Positions 34,101-46,830 of a stretch of DNA of 64,000 nucleotides are shown here, one piece after another. Position 1 is the first letter of the stretch; each line of letters starts with the position of its first letter. Origin of the DNA: Selaginella moellendorffii (taxonomy: Eukaryota; Plantae; Lycopodiophyta); the NCBI RefSeq assembly GCF_000143415.4, contig NW_003314409.1, positions 186,001 through 250,000 of the forward strand, in the 5' to 3' direction. Made by a program: the position numbers and the translations under genes. The notes under the pieces are model-generated. The model was not told where the DNA came from. It saw only the letters and a program-made list of their open reading frames with translations, and searched no databases.

Positions 34101-37100
34101 CCTTGCAAAAGGAATCCCAATGGAAATGGGAATGGCATAGCCTAAGCTGCAGAGCATGCAGTTGGAGTGTGGTGACCTAGATAATGATGGAGGTGTGAAA
34201 GCACCAAACAATGAGTTGTAGGACTTGACAATTATGAGGCAACTAAGCAAGAGGTGCAAAATAACTGGTTGAACGGGTAGAAGGTAGCTACCCAAGACTT
34301 CTTAATAGCATAGGGAAGTCGAATACACCCTTACGGGGGATAAGTTGCTTGTGTTGCGATATAGTAAGTCAATGTCATAAAAGGAAATACTCATTGTCAA
34401 GAAAGCCATCATTGGGACACCCGAACACTCTAGAACACCAGAAGGTGGTGTTTGATGTCGCGAGGGCAATGGATAAGGCCCAAGGGACTAAGTCCCTAGC
34501 GAATGATGGATAGAAGGTGCTATCCAAATGTCCAAGGTTGCGGAGACAGGAGAAGACTATCTGCCCGAGTTGGACAAAGCCAAAAATAGAACTTTGGCAA
34601 GGCTAGTGATGGGCATGTAAAGGCCCATAAGCAACAATGTAATCCCAGTGTGTGGGGTTACAAGGTGAGCATACCCGGATTGAGGAACCACTCCCTGGGC
34701 TATTGGGTTGGTTCGTCCTTAGGAATCCTTGCTAAGGCATGATAGAAAGTGCAAAGCTATCCTCCTGGTCTGGAGGAGAATGACCAAAGGAAAGGTGTGA
34801 AGCCAAAAAGCAAGAAGTAAGGGGATAGAACCGAACCGTAGGAATCAAAGGGCATAACCAAGGTTGGTTATGCCAGCTGGGAGTGGAGAATCAAGTGGGG
34901 GCTCGAGGGTGTTGCTGCTAGCAACCGTGATGCCATGGAGAGTCTAAAATATGGAATTGTCCATGTTAGACTATGTGGCATTTGGAAGGCTTGCAAAAAG
35001 GGAGGCCTTAGCAAGCTGAGGGACAGAGTTCCTTCAAGGTTCCCAAAGATGATTCTAGGTAGTTTAGTACCTAGAAAGGCCAAGTGTAAATGGTTCATGG
35101 AACGCGTGAAATCGGAGTGGCGCAGCAGAAGCGTGGTCTTGAAGCTTGCCATGAGGCAAGGCTATCAAGGTTAGGGAAGTAGTTCCCGAGTGTTCAAAGA
35201 GAGGGCTTTGAACGAAAGTCGATGATCAAGGACTTTCACGCTTATGCAGGAACCATGTTACAATGGTCGAAGGACTTGCCAAGCGAGATTGGCACGTCGG
35301 GGGAACAAATACCCTAGTTGAAGGTGATAACTTCAAAAAGGGTGGGCCATGGGGCCGAGCATGGAGGAGTCCATGCATGATCACAGACATGTCAAGTGAG
35401 AGGACTTGGCAGTGTGGAGGAACTAGGTTCTTAAACTGTGATCTGTAGCGCGCTTTAAAAATAAGTTGGTGCACCGGCGTGGGGAGTCACGCCAGGCATC
35501 TTGTGTGATGCCGTCCGTAGATGCATATACGGAGGTTGGGTTCGAGTCCCGACCCTCTAGTGCTTGGGTTCGAGTCCCAAATCACTAGGGCGTGGTGATG
35601 GTTTGGAATATGAGGACACTCATATTTCGGTGGTCATGGACTCTCAGTGTGGAGACTGGTTTGGGCACACCGCCAAGCGAGGGATGCCTCGGAGTCGTGA
35701 TGCACGGTTAGATTGCTTAGTGTGAAAGCTTAGCATATCTAACTTGAACGCTTTGGTGCAAGTGGCACCAAGGTCGTGGTGAGTGAGATGGGGACACCTA
35801 ATCTCAGTTGCTATGAACCCTTGGCCGTAAGGGCTGGCTTGGGTGCACCGCCAAGTGTGGGGGATGCCCCCGGGGTTATAGTCAACAACTTGGAGGTCTA
35901 GAAGACCAAGTACCTCTTGGCAACTCTGTTAAGGTGCCAAGGTGAGATCACTAGGTGATCTTATGGCCAGATAAGGACAAGGTCCTTGGTTGGCTAAGGA
36001 ATGAAGTTCCTGGTTCAAAATGTTGAAATTGAACTGTTTAAGGTGGTGTGGCTTGGTCGTGATGACCAAGTGGGAAGAGCACCTAAGGGAAATAAACTAT
36101 GTCCGTGCGATGGCATAGTGAGTCCGAGGAAAGTAGTCTCTATAAAAGACCCATGGGAGGGTCACGAAGTTGGGCCGTGGATAGAGCCCATAGCAGAAGA
36201 TGCTAAAGAGACGTACTAGGGGTGAACATCCTCCGGACTTGGCAAAGAAGAGTCTTTGCTATGGAACCGAAATAATACCTCAAGAAGGGAGGTAGAGATT
36301 CGATGTTGCTTGGTGCAACAATCAACGGATAGGAACAAAAGATGAGTGGCCAAGATAGGGCCGTGGAATCCCTTGGAAGGAATCCAAGTGACAAAGTTAG
36401 GTGAGGAACACTAATGTGTTGGACGCTAACAAGTTGCGGGAAAGGAAGTGTGTTTCCAAGGAAGGATTCCGAAATGTTCCGATTTGGCGAAAGTGGAAGC
36501 TCCAAGGGAGGGAGCGGTAAGGTAGCCAAATGATAGGGCCATGAACAGCCCTAGCACAAAGTATGATAACCGGAACTTCAGCACGAAATAGAAGAGAGGA
36601 TGATGGTGCCCTCGAGTAGAGAACTTCCTAGGATGGGAAGTGGAGTTGCACAAAAGGTGCAAGGCAAGGTGTCGAAGACACCTAGGAAATTGACTCCAAG
36701 AAGTCAAAATTCAAAGTTCCAAAGTGCAAAGGTTATATCGATGGAAAGTGAGACTACTCGAGAAGGAGTAGTGGGATTGACTTAGAGAAGGGTCTCTAAG
36801 AGGTTTAGCGAGAACTAAACCAATAAAAGGAGAGAACCACTATATGTGGTCCAATCAGTCTTTAAGTTGGAGAGACTACCCTCCTTAGAGGATATGCAAA
36901 ATGCATGGTGAGCCTTCAATGTCACACCATTGACAAATATTGGCTACGCGCCAAGGATGGAAATGGTAACACATGCGGGTGTTACTTTATAAAATGGTTC
37001 ACCGTTCGATGAGGACATCGAACTTCGTCTATGGGTGGTGGAGTTGTGAGACACAAAATCCCTAGGCCCCAAAGTGGAGCCGGAAGGGCGCCACATGGTA

Positions 37101-38842
37101 GTGGCCGAAGCGAGAGCCAAACGAGCGTAACACGTTTGGACCAAAAGCTCCGACTTGAAAAGTCAAGAGCGGGAGTGGAACTCCCAACGAAGTGCTCGAG
37201 GAACGAGCACGAAGCGAGCAAAAAGCAAGGCTCCAAAAAGGGACCCAAAAGGACCAACACATGACACGTGGAAGTGTCCGAGATGGACTCGAGTTGGAGT
37301 CCGAAGTGGAGTCCGAGATGGACTCGCGTTGGAGTCCGAAGTGGAGTCCGAGATGGACTTGAGTTGGAGTCCGAAGTGGAGTCCGAGATGGACCCGAGTT
37401 GGAGTCCGAAGTGGAGTCCGAGATGGACCCGAGTTGGAGTCCGAAGTGGAGTCCGAGATGGACCCGAGTTGGAGTCCGAAGTGGAGTCCGAGATGGACCC
37501 GAGTTGGAGTCCGAAGTGGAGTCCGAGCTGGACCCGAGTTGGAGTCCGAAGTGGAGTCCGAGATGGACCCGAGTTGGAGTCCGAAGTGGAGTCCGAGATG
37601 GACCCGAGTTGGAGTCCGAAGTGGAGTCTGAGATGGACCCGAGATGGAGTCCGAGATGGAGTCCGAGATGGAGTCCGAAGTCGAGACCGAGACCGGGACC
37701 GAGACCGAGACCGAGACCGAGATCGAGATCGGGACCGAGAATGAGACCGAGGCCGAGGCCGAGACCGAGGCCGAGGCCGAGACCGAGCCCGAGCCCGAGT
37801 CCGAGTCCGAGTCCGAGTCCGAGTCCGAGTCCGAGTTCGAGTCTGAGAGGGTGAAAGCCCAAAGCGTTCGTCTCCCAGACCCTGGGGGGTTTGGTGAGCT
37901 CCAAAAGTATAGTAGGGGGAGGACTGCAGTGGAGCCAGTTTGGCCAGGAAAGGCCAGTTTGGCCCAGGAAGGCCGGACCCAGTGTTGGGTGATGAGCTGC
38001 CCACTGGGAAGTCCAAGACTAGAGTGAACACAGACCGACAAGCGGGGTAGCTTGGTGAAGTGTTCAAGAGCCGGCTCTAGTTCCCCCGGGAGATCGATTG
38101 GCCGATGCTCCCAGTCCAAGTGTGGGTGGCACTACCTACTTGGATACCTGGTGTGGCTCAACGGAACCCGCTCTAAGCCCATGGCTAGAGCACCCAAGGG
38201 CAGAAGGCGAGGAGAGTACCCAGGTGGCTCGCGTAAGGCCACGGTGTTCCGAAATGTTGTCCCAAAGGCCCAGACTGTGGAAAGGAAGAGGAGCAGTCCT
38301 CTGGGGTAGTGACCAAGGACACAGTCGTGTGGTGAGGAAGTCCCAGAGGACCGTGGGACTTAGTGGTCGGGCCTGTGGGTCTCGATCCAGTGGCAGTGTT
38401 GGCAAACACCGCCAGGGGCAGAAAGGGACTTAGTGGGGACTGACAGAGGGATATTGGGGAAGGCTATTCCCCTTGTCGGTGGGCATCCTAAGGATGCTAA
38501 GGAGTGGATCTGAGATGACCACTCACGGATGGTTTGCCTAAGTCTTGGAGAGCCAAGACGGTGATGCAAGTGGTATTGGACTACCAGTGTGGCAAAGGTG
38601 ATTGGGCATGGCCTTAGCGTAACGGGCTGCTATGTCGGTGGTACCTTTGAGTGTCGGTCATGGGATCGGACACGTGGAGCACTTGGACCAAGTGCAAATG
38701 TTGAGTGGCATGGATGCCATTCTCGGGGCTAGCAAGTCCCAAGTCCTGGATTGGACTTATGGAGGTTGTGAATGAGACTCCTTCAAGTGGTCAGAGGTGT
38801 GGTTAAGTGACTAAAGTAGAATGGAAAATTTAGTCGCTTACA
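31194..38842 (+). mobile_element. Intact, young, non-coding LTR retrotransposon (LARD-like, family B): LTRs 31194-32984 and 37045-38842
   Basis: TG..CA LTRs differing at only ~10 sites, TSD CTTGC on both sides, PBS TGGTATCGGAGCC at 32988, PPT-like tract 37031-37044; 4-kb internal region has no gag/pol ORF. Confidence 0.95.
31425..31986 (+). repeat. LTR-internal minisatellite: 35-bp unit x ~10, then 6-bp GAGACC/GAGTCC arrays
   Basis: Unit gatggacccgagttggagtccgaagtggagtccga; the same array is in the second LTR (~37276-37843). Confidence 0.95.
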
Positions 38843-39312
38843 CTTGCGTTAGGGTATGCCGAAATAGCACTAGACTCCGTTTGGCTTCGTTTTGCGTGCT
38901 GGTCCTAGCATTGGGATGCTGATTGCTTTAGGATTGTTCCAAGTCGCTCCGGGCTCCTATCCCTTCGCTCCTTGGGCTGTATGCTCGGGAGTTGCTCCGT
39001 GGTCTGGTTCCGTCACTCCTTGGCTCCATGCTTGGGAGTTTGGCACCGTTCCTTTGTTCAGTGGCCCAAGGCCTTGAACCTCGGGTCCACACCACATTCC
39101 TTTGGACACGTGGCATCTGTCATGTGGCATAAAGAGGGTTTAGGTTCTGCTTCGTGGTGTTATCCTATGGTAAATCACCATAGGATAAAGGGTCAAAACC
39201 ATGTGCGCTACAATTTTCAAATCTTGACAAATTCTAGATGCTTATGCTACCAATTAAGGAAAATAAATAACCCCAACATTAAGTGTGAATAGAATGTAAA
39301 TTCTTTTTTGGA

Positions 39313-40812
39313 TGTAAAACACAAATCCCTAAACCCTAAAGTGGAGCTGAAATTGGGCCAAATGATAGTGGCTAAAATAAAAGTTCAATGAGCATGATAT
39401 GTTTAAATCAAAAACTCTAATTGGGAAAGTTGAAAGTGGGAGTGGAACTCCCAAAGAAGTGCTTTAGGAACAAGTATGAAATTTCATATGATTTGATCCA
39501 TCAATGTAATTAAGAATGCAACCAACCCACCATGTGGGTGTAGCCTTCTTAAATCATACTAACCTTTTTTGGCCAAACTAATTCCACTGAAGTCCTCCTC
39601 TTATTATGGACTTACCAAACCCTTTATAGTCTAGGAGACAATTGCTTTGGGGTTTCACCTTTGGACTTGAACTCAGACTCAGACATGGACTTAGTCTCAG
39701 TCTCGAACTCGAACTTAATCTTAGTCTTGGACTTGAACTCAGTCTTAATCTTGGACTTGGACTCGGGCTTGGACTTGGTCTTGCTCTCAGCCTTGGTCTT
39801 GATCTTGGCCTTAGTCTCGGTTTCAGTCTTGGTCTCAGGCTCGAATTCCATTTCAAACCAAATCTTGAACTCCATCTCAAACTCAGCTTCTGCCTCCATC
39901 TCAGATCCGATCTCGGACTTAGTCTCAGAATTGGTCTTGAACTAGGTCTCGGACTCAATCTCGGATTCAATCTTAAACTCGGTCCTAACACTTTTATATA
40001 TCATAACACTTGCTATGTGTTGGTCCTTCTTATATCCCTCTTTAAAGTTACTTATCAATCCAAACTTAGTAAAGTGAAACATTTAACCACTAAAGAGTCC
40101 AAGGCTAAAATGAATATAGATGGATAAGTGGGGTGACTTGATGACCTTGTATGGCTTATTAGAATCTCATTCTAGCCACATGGTTGGGGCACTCTAATGG
40201 CAAAAGGTGGGAGGAGTATCTATGAGGCTTGTATTAGGCTTCAATATTTCAAAATATCATTCTAAAGTACTAGATTATAGAAGAATTATCCTTTTACTTA
40301 GTGACCAAAAGTATAGTTATGTTAAGGAAGTCCCAAAAGTTAATAAAACTTAGTGGTTAGTGTTTAGGCCTTTGGGCCTAACCCAATGGTGGTGTTAACA
40401 AGCACTGTCGTGGATGAAGAGAGACTTGGTGGGACTGAAGAAAAGACTAAAGGAGAGATATTAGATGGTGTTTTAGGGATGCTAAGTTGTGGTCATGGGA
40501 TGACTATACATGGACAGATGGCCCAATCTTGGGAAGGCAGGACTGTGGTACAAGTGGTCTTAGATTACTAATCAGATAATATGAATGGACATAGGTTTAT
40601 TGTCAATGGCACCTTTGTATGTCTGAAGTGGGATTAGACATGTAAAGCACTTGGATTATGTGCAAAATTGGTATGGTTTAGAAATCACATCTGAGGGATA
40701 ACAAATACCCCATGATAGATGAGGACCTATGAAGGTTGTAAGTGAAACTCCTCAAAGGAGTCAAGGGTTTGATTAAGTGACTAAAGTAGAATGACAAATT
40801 TAATCATTTACA
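39313..40812 (+). mobile_element. Old solo LTR related to family B, with an internal inversion (~39575-40040)
   Basis: Starts TGTAAAACACAAATCCC and ends TTTAATCATTTACA like the family B LTR; middle part, including the satellite, is reverse-complemented; strong C>T/G>A decay. Confidence 0.8.
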
Positions 40813-42092
40813 TTAGGTTGCATTTTAGTGGTTGTTCTATGGCTTTATGTGGGTAAAATTAATATGATCTATTGAATAAAGGCTTATCTAACACTTTTGC
40901 AAAACTTAGGGAGCTAAGAACACTTAATCATCCTATATCTTTATAAGTGCAAATTAGATTTCGATGAGTATTTTTACATCTAGTGCTAGATCTATCCCAT
41001 CTATTGGTTAAGTTCTAGAAAAATAGTCTCTCTCTATAATGAGATGGTGAGGTTTCTTCCATGTGAATTGTAGTTAAGACAAGGGGTAAAAGAGTTTAAG
41101 AAATTTAGTAATTCCATTAGGAGTTCGTCATAAAGAGTCTTTTCACACAAGGAAGATAATTAGCTATGCCTCTTTTAGGATTCTATGTTTGTATGCTTTT
41201 TTTGCATTTCCTTGTATCAAATCTTTTTGGAACATAAATTCATATGCCAATTTCATCCAACAATAGATGCATTTTCATCATTTGGCTGATCCAAGCCCAT
41301 AACTAACCACACTGCTACTTAGCACCCCTTACTAGACCCAAAAAGCAGATGCAGTCAAGTTTGACTTATTCTGCCTTGGACCAACCATTTTGGGGTTGAT
41401 ACCATTAACCCTACCAACTCTAGCATGGTGCAACCACATGTCCAAGCTTATATTTGTAGCTCTTAACTTCATTGATGTTGTATGGTTGCACCATCTTGTT
41501 GTACAACTGTTTTTCTGATGGCAACTATCATCTAGAGGCAAGACTCAACTAGATTAGGCTTTAAGCAAGATGGTTGGATCCAACACTAACTTCCAACATA
41601 CACTTCTTGTCTTACTTCAATCTGTTACAACCCCTATAGTCTTTAGTTGCTTCTCTAAACCTTCTAAACTAAGTCATGGTGAAGGCTATCAACATAAAAA
41701 AGGACAATTTACAGCCCTTCTCCACAAGTTGCACAATCTCAAACAAATTCCAAAGGAGAACCTTATGATCTTAGTGGAATAAAATTTTGTAAAAGAGAGT
41801 AGCCACACAACTTAAGCATTTGTTGCCACTTTGTAAATTGGTAGTCTTCCATATCAAACAGTTTCATCTCTATGGGCTCTTATCTAGACCCATACAACTT
41901 TACTAACAATTGTAAGAGCTTTCATGAACATTGGTGGAGGTGATGAAAGAAGATATTTGGAGATGATGATAAACTTGATGGAGACCTAACCCTGGAGATA
42001 GAGGGCAGCCATTTGTGGACCCATATAAATAGATGGACCTTAAAAGTTTCCTTATCTCTCACTTGTTTATTCCATGTTAGAGGACCACCACA

Positions 42093-42232
42093 TCTGGAAC
42101 TAAGAGATTGCCTTTGGATGCAATGCTGATATACTCATAAACAATATGAAACTTATGTTAGTTTTCTGAGCCAAAGTATGATCTAACTATAAGCAGAAAT
42201 AATTACTTATTTTAAAGAGGTTAAACATTTAC
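42093..42232 (+). repeat. ~140-bp dispersed direct repeat of 17600-17740
   Basis: Shared gaactaagag..cctttggatgcaatgctgatatactcat..tttctgagccaaagtatgatctaactataag..aaagaggttaaa. Confidence 0.85.
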
Positions 42233-42831
42233 TGCTAATAGCACACCATCTCTGCATGCTTTGTGCCTTGAGAGAAAGAGAGAGGAGAGGGATTCCCCTA
42301 ACTCCTAATTTTTATAATTTTTAAGTAGGACTTAAAGAAAGAATATTGAAAAACTAAAAGAGAAAACTTAGGCTAGAATCACTCCACACTCCATGCTCTA
42401 AATACTCTGTGTTGTGAGGGGCTCTTTCTTATATAGTCCTTGGATTATGTTTTATATTTTATTATTGATATTATAAACTATTAGTGTCAGCCTTGCCACG
42501 GCTGTGGGCAGACTTTCCAATTATTCTTGAATGCATAGGTTACACAAGAAAATATTTTTAAATGGTGGCAAAAATCTTTACAAGGTGGAGGGTATACTTA
42601 AATGTAAGAGTTATATAAAAAATCATTTTATAAAGGTTGTGGAAGATAAAGTTTGTGATACAGTAAGATGGATGGGTAATAAGAAAAATACAAGATATAA
42701 AAAGGAGAAAGTAGTTTTGAAAGAATTTAGTTTGTTTTGTTTTTTACTTTGATTTCAAATATCAGGTCATAGAAAAAAAGTGGTTGTAGAATAGTAAAGT
42801 GGTAAGGATAGAGGTATAAGGGGATGGTTTT

Positions 42832-42953
<122 letters not shown>

Positions 42954-43654
42954 ATATATACACACCTCTATATATTTATATATATATAGAGATTCCTAAT
43001 CATACATACACACACTCACTCACTCACGTACTCTCTATCTCTATCTTAATGTACTTACTGCTTGTTTTATCCATCTCCACAGACAATCACTTTGTGTTTT
43101 TCCCCCTCTATCTATATATATATATGGATTTGTACATATATATACACACACACTCACACTCACACACACAGATACTCTCGCACTCACACACACACTCACA
43201 CACACTCAATCACTCTTTTATTCACTCACGCGCGCACTCACACATTCGTGAACAAATGAGAGAGAGAGTTCGTTCTTTCACACAGGGGCGCGCCCACAGA
43301 GTAGTGCGGTATACATACACACTCCCTCTAATAATAAGAGAAACAAAAATAGAGGTAGCAAGCTATTTATCTTTAATAGAAAGAACCGAACAGCTTGCCA
43401 AAACTGAAGATTCCATCCTAATGTTGGTATTTTTTTAAAAAAATTTTGCCAAGGGTTTAGGCCAAAGGGTTCCCCATTAAACTTTCCTACCCTTAAAGAC
43501 CAGCCCGGATGTCAATCACCATGTGGTTGGATTCCTTAAGCCAACCAACAGAGTCAGACCCAAGAAGGTAATACCATCTAAACCCATTTGAATTAAGAGT
43601 ATCATCCATTTGATCTCCCAGAAGGGCTAAAGCTAGCTCTTGAATACTTATGTT

Positions 43655-44928
43655 TCTACCTTTGCCACGTTAATCCGGCAGTGTGCAGCAATTGGGAGCC
43701 TGGTGCGAGCGCGGGATTGCCACTCACGGATCCTCCACAGCCAGCACAGCGGCAACACATTCCTAGGCAATCTCCTCATCACAATGTATGCCTGTTGTGG
43801 GAGGTTGGAGGAGGCAAGGGCAGTGTTTGATGGCCTCGACTTCCCCAATACCTTCTCCTGGAACGCAGTTGTGTCAGCATACACGCAGGAGCGGCAGCTG
43901 AATCGGGAGCTCTTTGATGGGATGCTGGATCACGATGCCGTTTCCTGTAATCTCATAGCCAAGGCGCATGCCCAGTCTGGGGATCTGGAATCGGCCAAGC
44001 TCTTGTTCGATCACCAAGGAACGTCATCTCTTGGACTGCGATCGTCGCGGACTACTCCCACTCCGGGCACATCGCTGAGGCAGAGGCGATCTTCCAGAGA
44101 ATGCTCCACGACACAATCGCCGGGAACGCCATGGTCACAGCACATGCCCATCACTGGCATTTGCGCGAAGCGTTCACTATCTTCGACACCATGCCGGTCA
44201 AGAACGATCTCTCATGGAATTTGATGCTCCAGGCATTCACTGTGAACTCCAGCCCAGAGGACGCGCCACATTTCTTCGAATCTGTGCCTTGCCGGAACGT
44301 TGTGTCGTGGAACGCTTTACTCGCAGCAGTTGCCCAAAGAAGGCGCTTCGCGGAGGCCAGCAGGACTTTCGAGATGATGCCACAGCTGGAGCTCGCGTCG
44401 TGGAACACCATTATCACCTCCTGGAACACGCTCATCGCTGGCTATGCCGAGAATGGCTCGTACAAAACCGCCGTGGAGCTCTTCCGGGAGCTCAACCTCG
44501 AGGGACTCAAGCCTACGGAGAGCACTTTCGTGGCTCTACTGTGCAACTGCGGAGAGCTCACGAGCACTTCGTGTTGATGATCACCCAGTATGGACTGCGG
44601 CCAGAGCTCGATCACTACGGCTGCATGGTGGAGGTCCTGGGCCGAGCAAAGCAGCTGGATCATGCCGACGAAATGCCATTCTTCCCAGGACCTGTTGCTT
44701 GGACGAGCTACTTGAGCTGCGCAGCATCTCATGGAGCTGGACCCCGAGAACAAGTCGATGTATCAGCTTCTCTCCAGCACGTACACCGAGAAAGCAGCAG
44801 CGCAGCAGCAGCAGCAACAGTGCTCGATGATCGATGGAGAGGTTGTCCCGGAAAGTTTTGAGCAGAAAAACTTGTTGCAAAGTCACGACGAGGCTGTTGA
44901 TCCCGCAGTCGAGCCTTTACGCTGGTAA
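43655..44928 (+). pseudogene. Inverted pseudogene copy of PPR 1404-2906
   Basis: Colinear, high identity, multiple deletions and frameshifts. Confidence 0.92.
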
Positions 44929-46830
44929 GGGAAGCTTTCCATTGTCTTGTGAAAACGCTCTCGTTCTAGTTGGAGCTTCCGGCTTCTCAGCATCCGAACG
45001 GTGTTTTTGAGCCTGATCATGTCCTGCGTCCTACCAACAGCTTTATAGATGTTGGCCAAGAGCATCCGAGCGCCGTCCTCGCTCGGATCCAGCTTGAGTG
45101 CATTCTCTGCCGCTCGCTCTCCACGCTGGACGTCGCGGTGAATCCCACAGCCACCGAGAAGAGCCCCCCAGCTCGCAGCATCCAGTTCAAACGGGATAGA
45201 ACCCAGAAGCACCTCGGCCTCTTCGAGCTGTCCGGACCGGCCGAGGATATCAACCACGCAGCTGTAGTGCTCGCGGACAGGATCCACGTCGAAGAAAACA
45301 ATCCCGCGTGGCTGCATCTGCCGAGCACGCTCGTGAAGGTGACTGGAGTGATCCTTCGGCGTTCATGGCGTAGAAAAACTGCATGGCGTCGGAGAAGCTC
45401 TCGGCCAGAGTGTAAGCCGTGAACATCGCGCTGGAGAAGACGACCTCGGAAGACACCGGTGGCATGGCGTCGAAAGTGTCTCATATACCCGTTCCAGGCA
45501 TAGCCCGCGATCATGATCGTCCAGGAAACGCAGTCTTACTGTGGCATGCTGGAGAAGAGCTTTCGAGCTTCGTCGACGTGCCCGTGCAGTCGCCACTGCG
45601 ATGTTCCACGAGACGATATCCCTCTCCGGCATAGCGTCGAAAGTGTTCCGTAGTTCAGCCATGCTGCGAGTGAGCCGCCAACATCGTGTTCCAGGCCAGG
45701 ATGTCTTTCACCACCACTTTGTCGAACACCGCCTCGGCCTCGTCGATTCTCCCGAGCTTACAGTATTGGCCGTGGTGAGCACCAAGTTGTGGACTGGCAT
45801 GCGGTCAAGCAAGCTCCTGGGCTCCTCCAAGTGATTGCTCTGAGCGTAGGCGGCGACGAGAGACGTCCAGCAATGGCGTCCCGCTGCGGCATCTTGTCAA
45901 ACATCTGTTTTGCTCGGTCCAGATCGCCGCTCTGAGCATACGAGGAGAGAAGAGCTGTGCACAAGACGATGTTCTGGACGGGCATCTCCTCGAAGATGAG
46001 CCGACCTCTCGGAGCTGGCCGTTTTGCGAGAGGGCCTGGATCATCGCTGTCTGGGAGATGATGTCCTGGTCGGGCATTCGGGCGAAGATGGCCTTGGCTT
46101 GCTCGAGATCCCCCGACTGGATGTGCACTGTGAGCATTGAGGTGAACGCGACGAGATCGTGCTCCGGCATGTTGCGAAACACCGCGCGAGCTTCTTCAAG
46201 CTGCCCGTTCTGGGCACATGCAGCGAGCATGGAAGTCCATGGCAAGAGGTTGCTCTCTGGGATTTTGTTGAAGATCCCAACTGCTACATGGACGCGGGAG
46301 TTTTCGCCATAGGCTTGGATCATTGTAGTCTCAGTGATCGCATTCCTCTCAGGCATCAAAGAGAAGAGCTTACCTGCGTCCTCCAAATGCCCGTTCCGAC
46401 CAAGCGCCTGGATCATGACAGTCCACGAGACGACGTCGTGCTGGGGCATGGAATCAAACAGAGGCTTCGCCTCATCCACGCTGCCGCCGCGAGAACTCGC
46501 CGTGATCATTGCGTTCCAGGCCCGGGGCATCCGGTGGAACGTTTCCCGGGCCTGATCCAAGCGGCCGTTGTGAGCGTAAGCCTGGAGCAAGATGTTCCAG
46601 GAGTAGCCTCGGCTCCTGGATAGCATCGAAACCATACCTGGCATCGCGCACGCCCCCGCATTTGCCATACATCTCCACGCAGAAATTGGCGAGGAGCTTG
46701 TCGTGGCGGCACTCAGCGCTGGCCAAGATCCGAGCGTGGAGCCGCCCCGCCTGCTCCAATTCCCTGCACGATCGAAGAAGCGCCAAGAACTGCGAGGAAG
46801 GATCGCTCTCCCTCCTCGCATTCTCCATCA
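44883..46830 (-). pseudogene. Inverted pseudogene copy of PPR 1-1449, including the 5' part missing from the window
   Basis: Colinear with 1-1449, frameshifted; continues to MENARRESDPSSQFLALLRSC..EMYGKCG. Confidence 0.92.

Larger units (their letters stand above)
30944..39212 (+). mobile_element. 3' half of a family A LTR, split by the nested family B element
   Basis: 30944-31193 joined to 38848-39212 is colinear with ~26570-27065 and with the reverse complement of 54573-54950. Confidence 0.75.

Noticed and set aside
35530-35590. tRNA gene(s) suggested by GGTTCGAGTCC
   Set aside because: No acceptor stem or D/anticodon arms forming a cloverleaf; kept only as T-loop-like hairpins.
32985-37044. 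Decayed gag-pol inside the family B element
   Set aside because: No convincing zinc knuckle, protease, RT or integrase motif in any listed frame.
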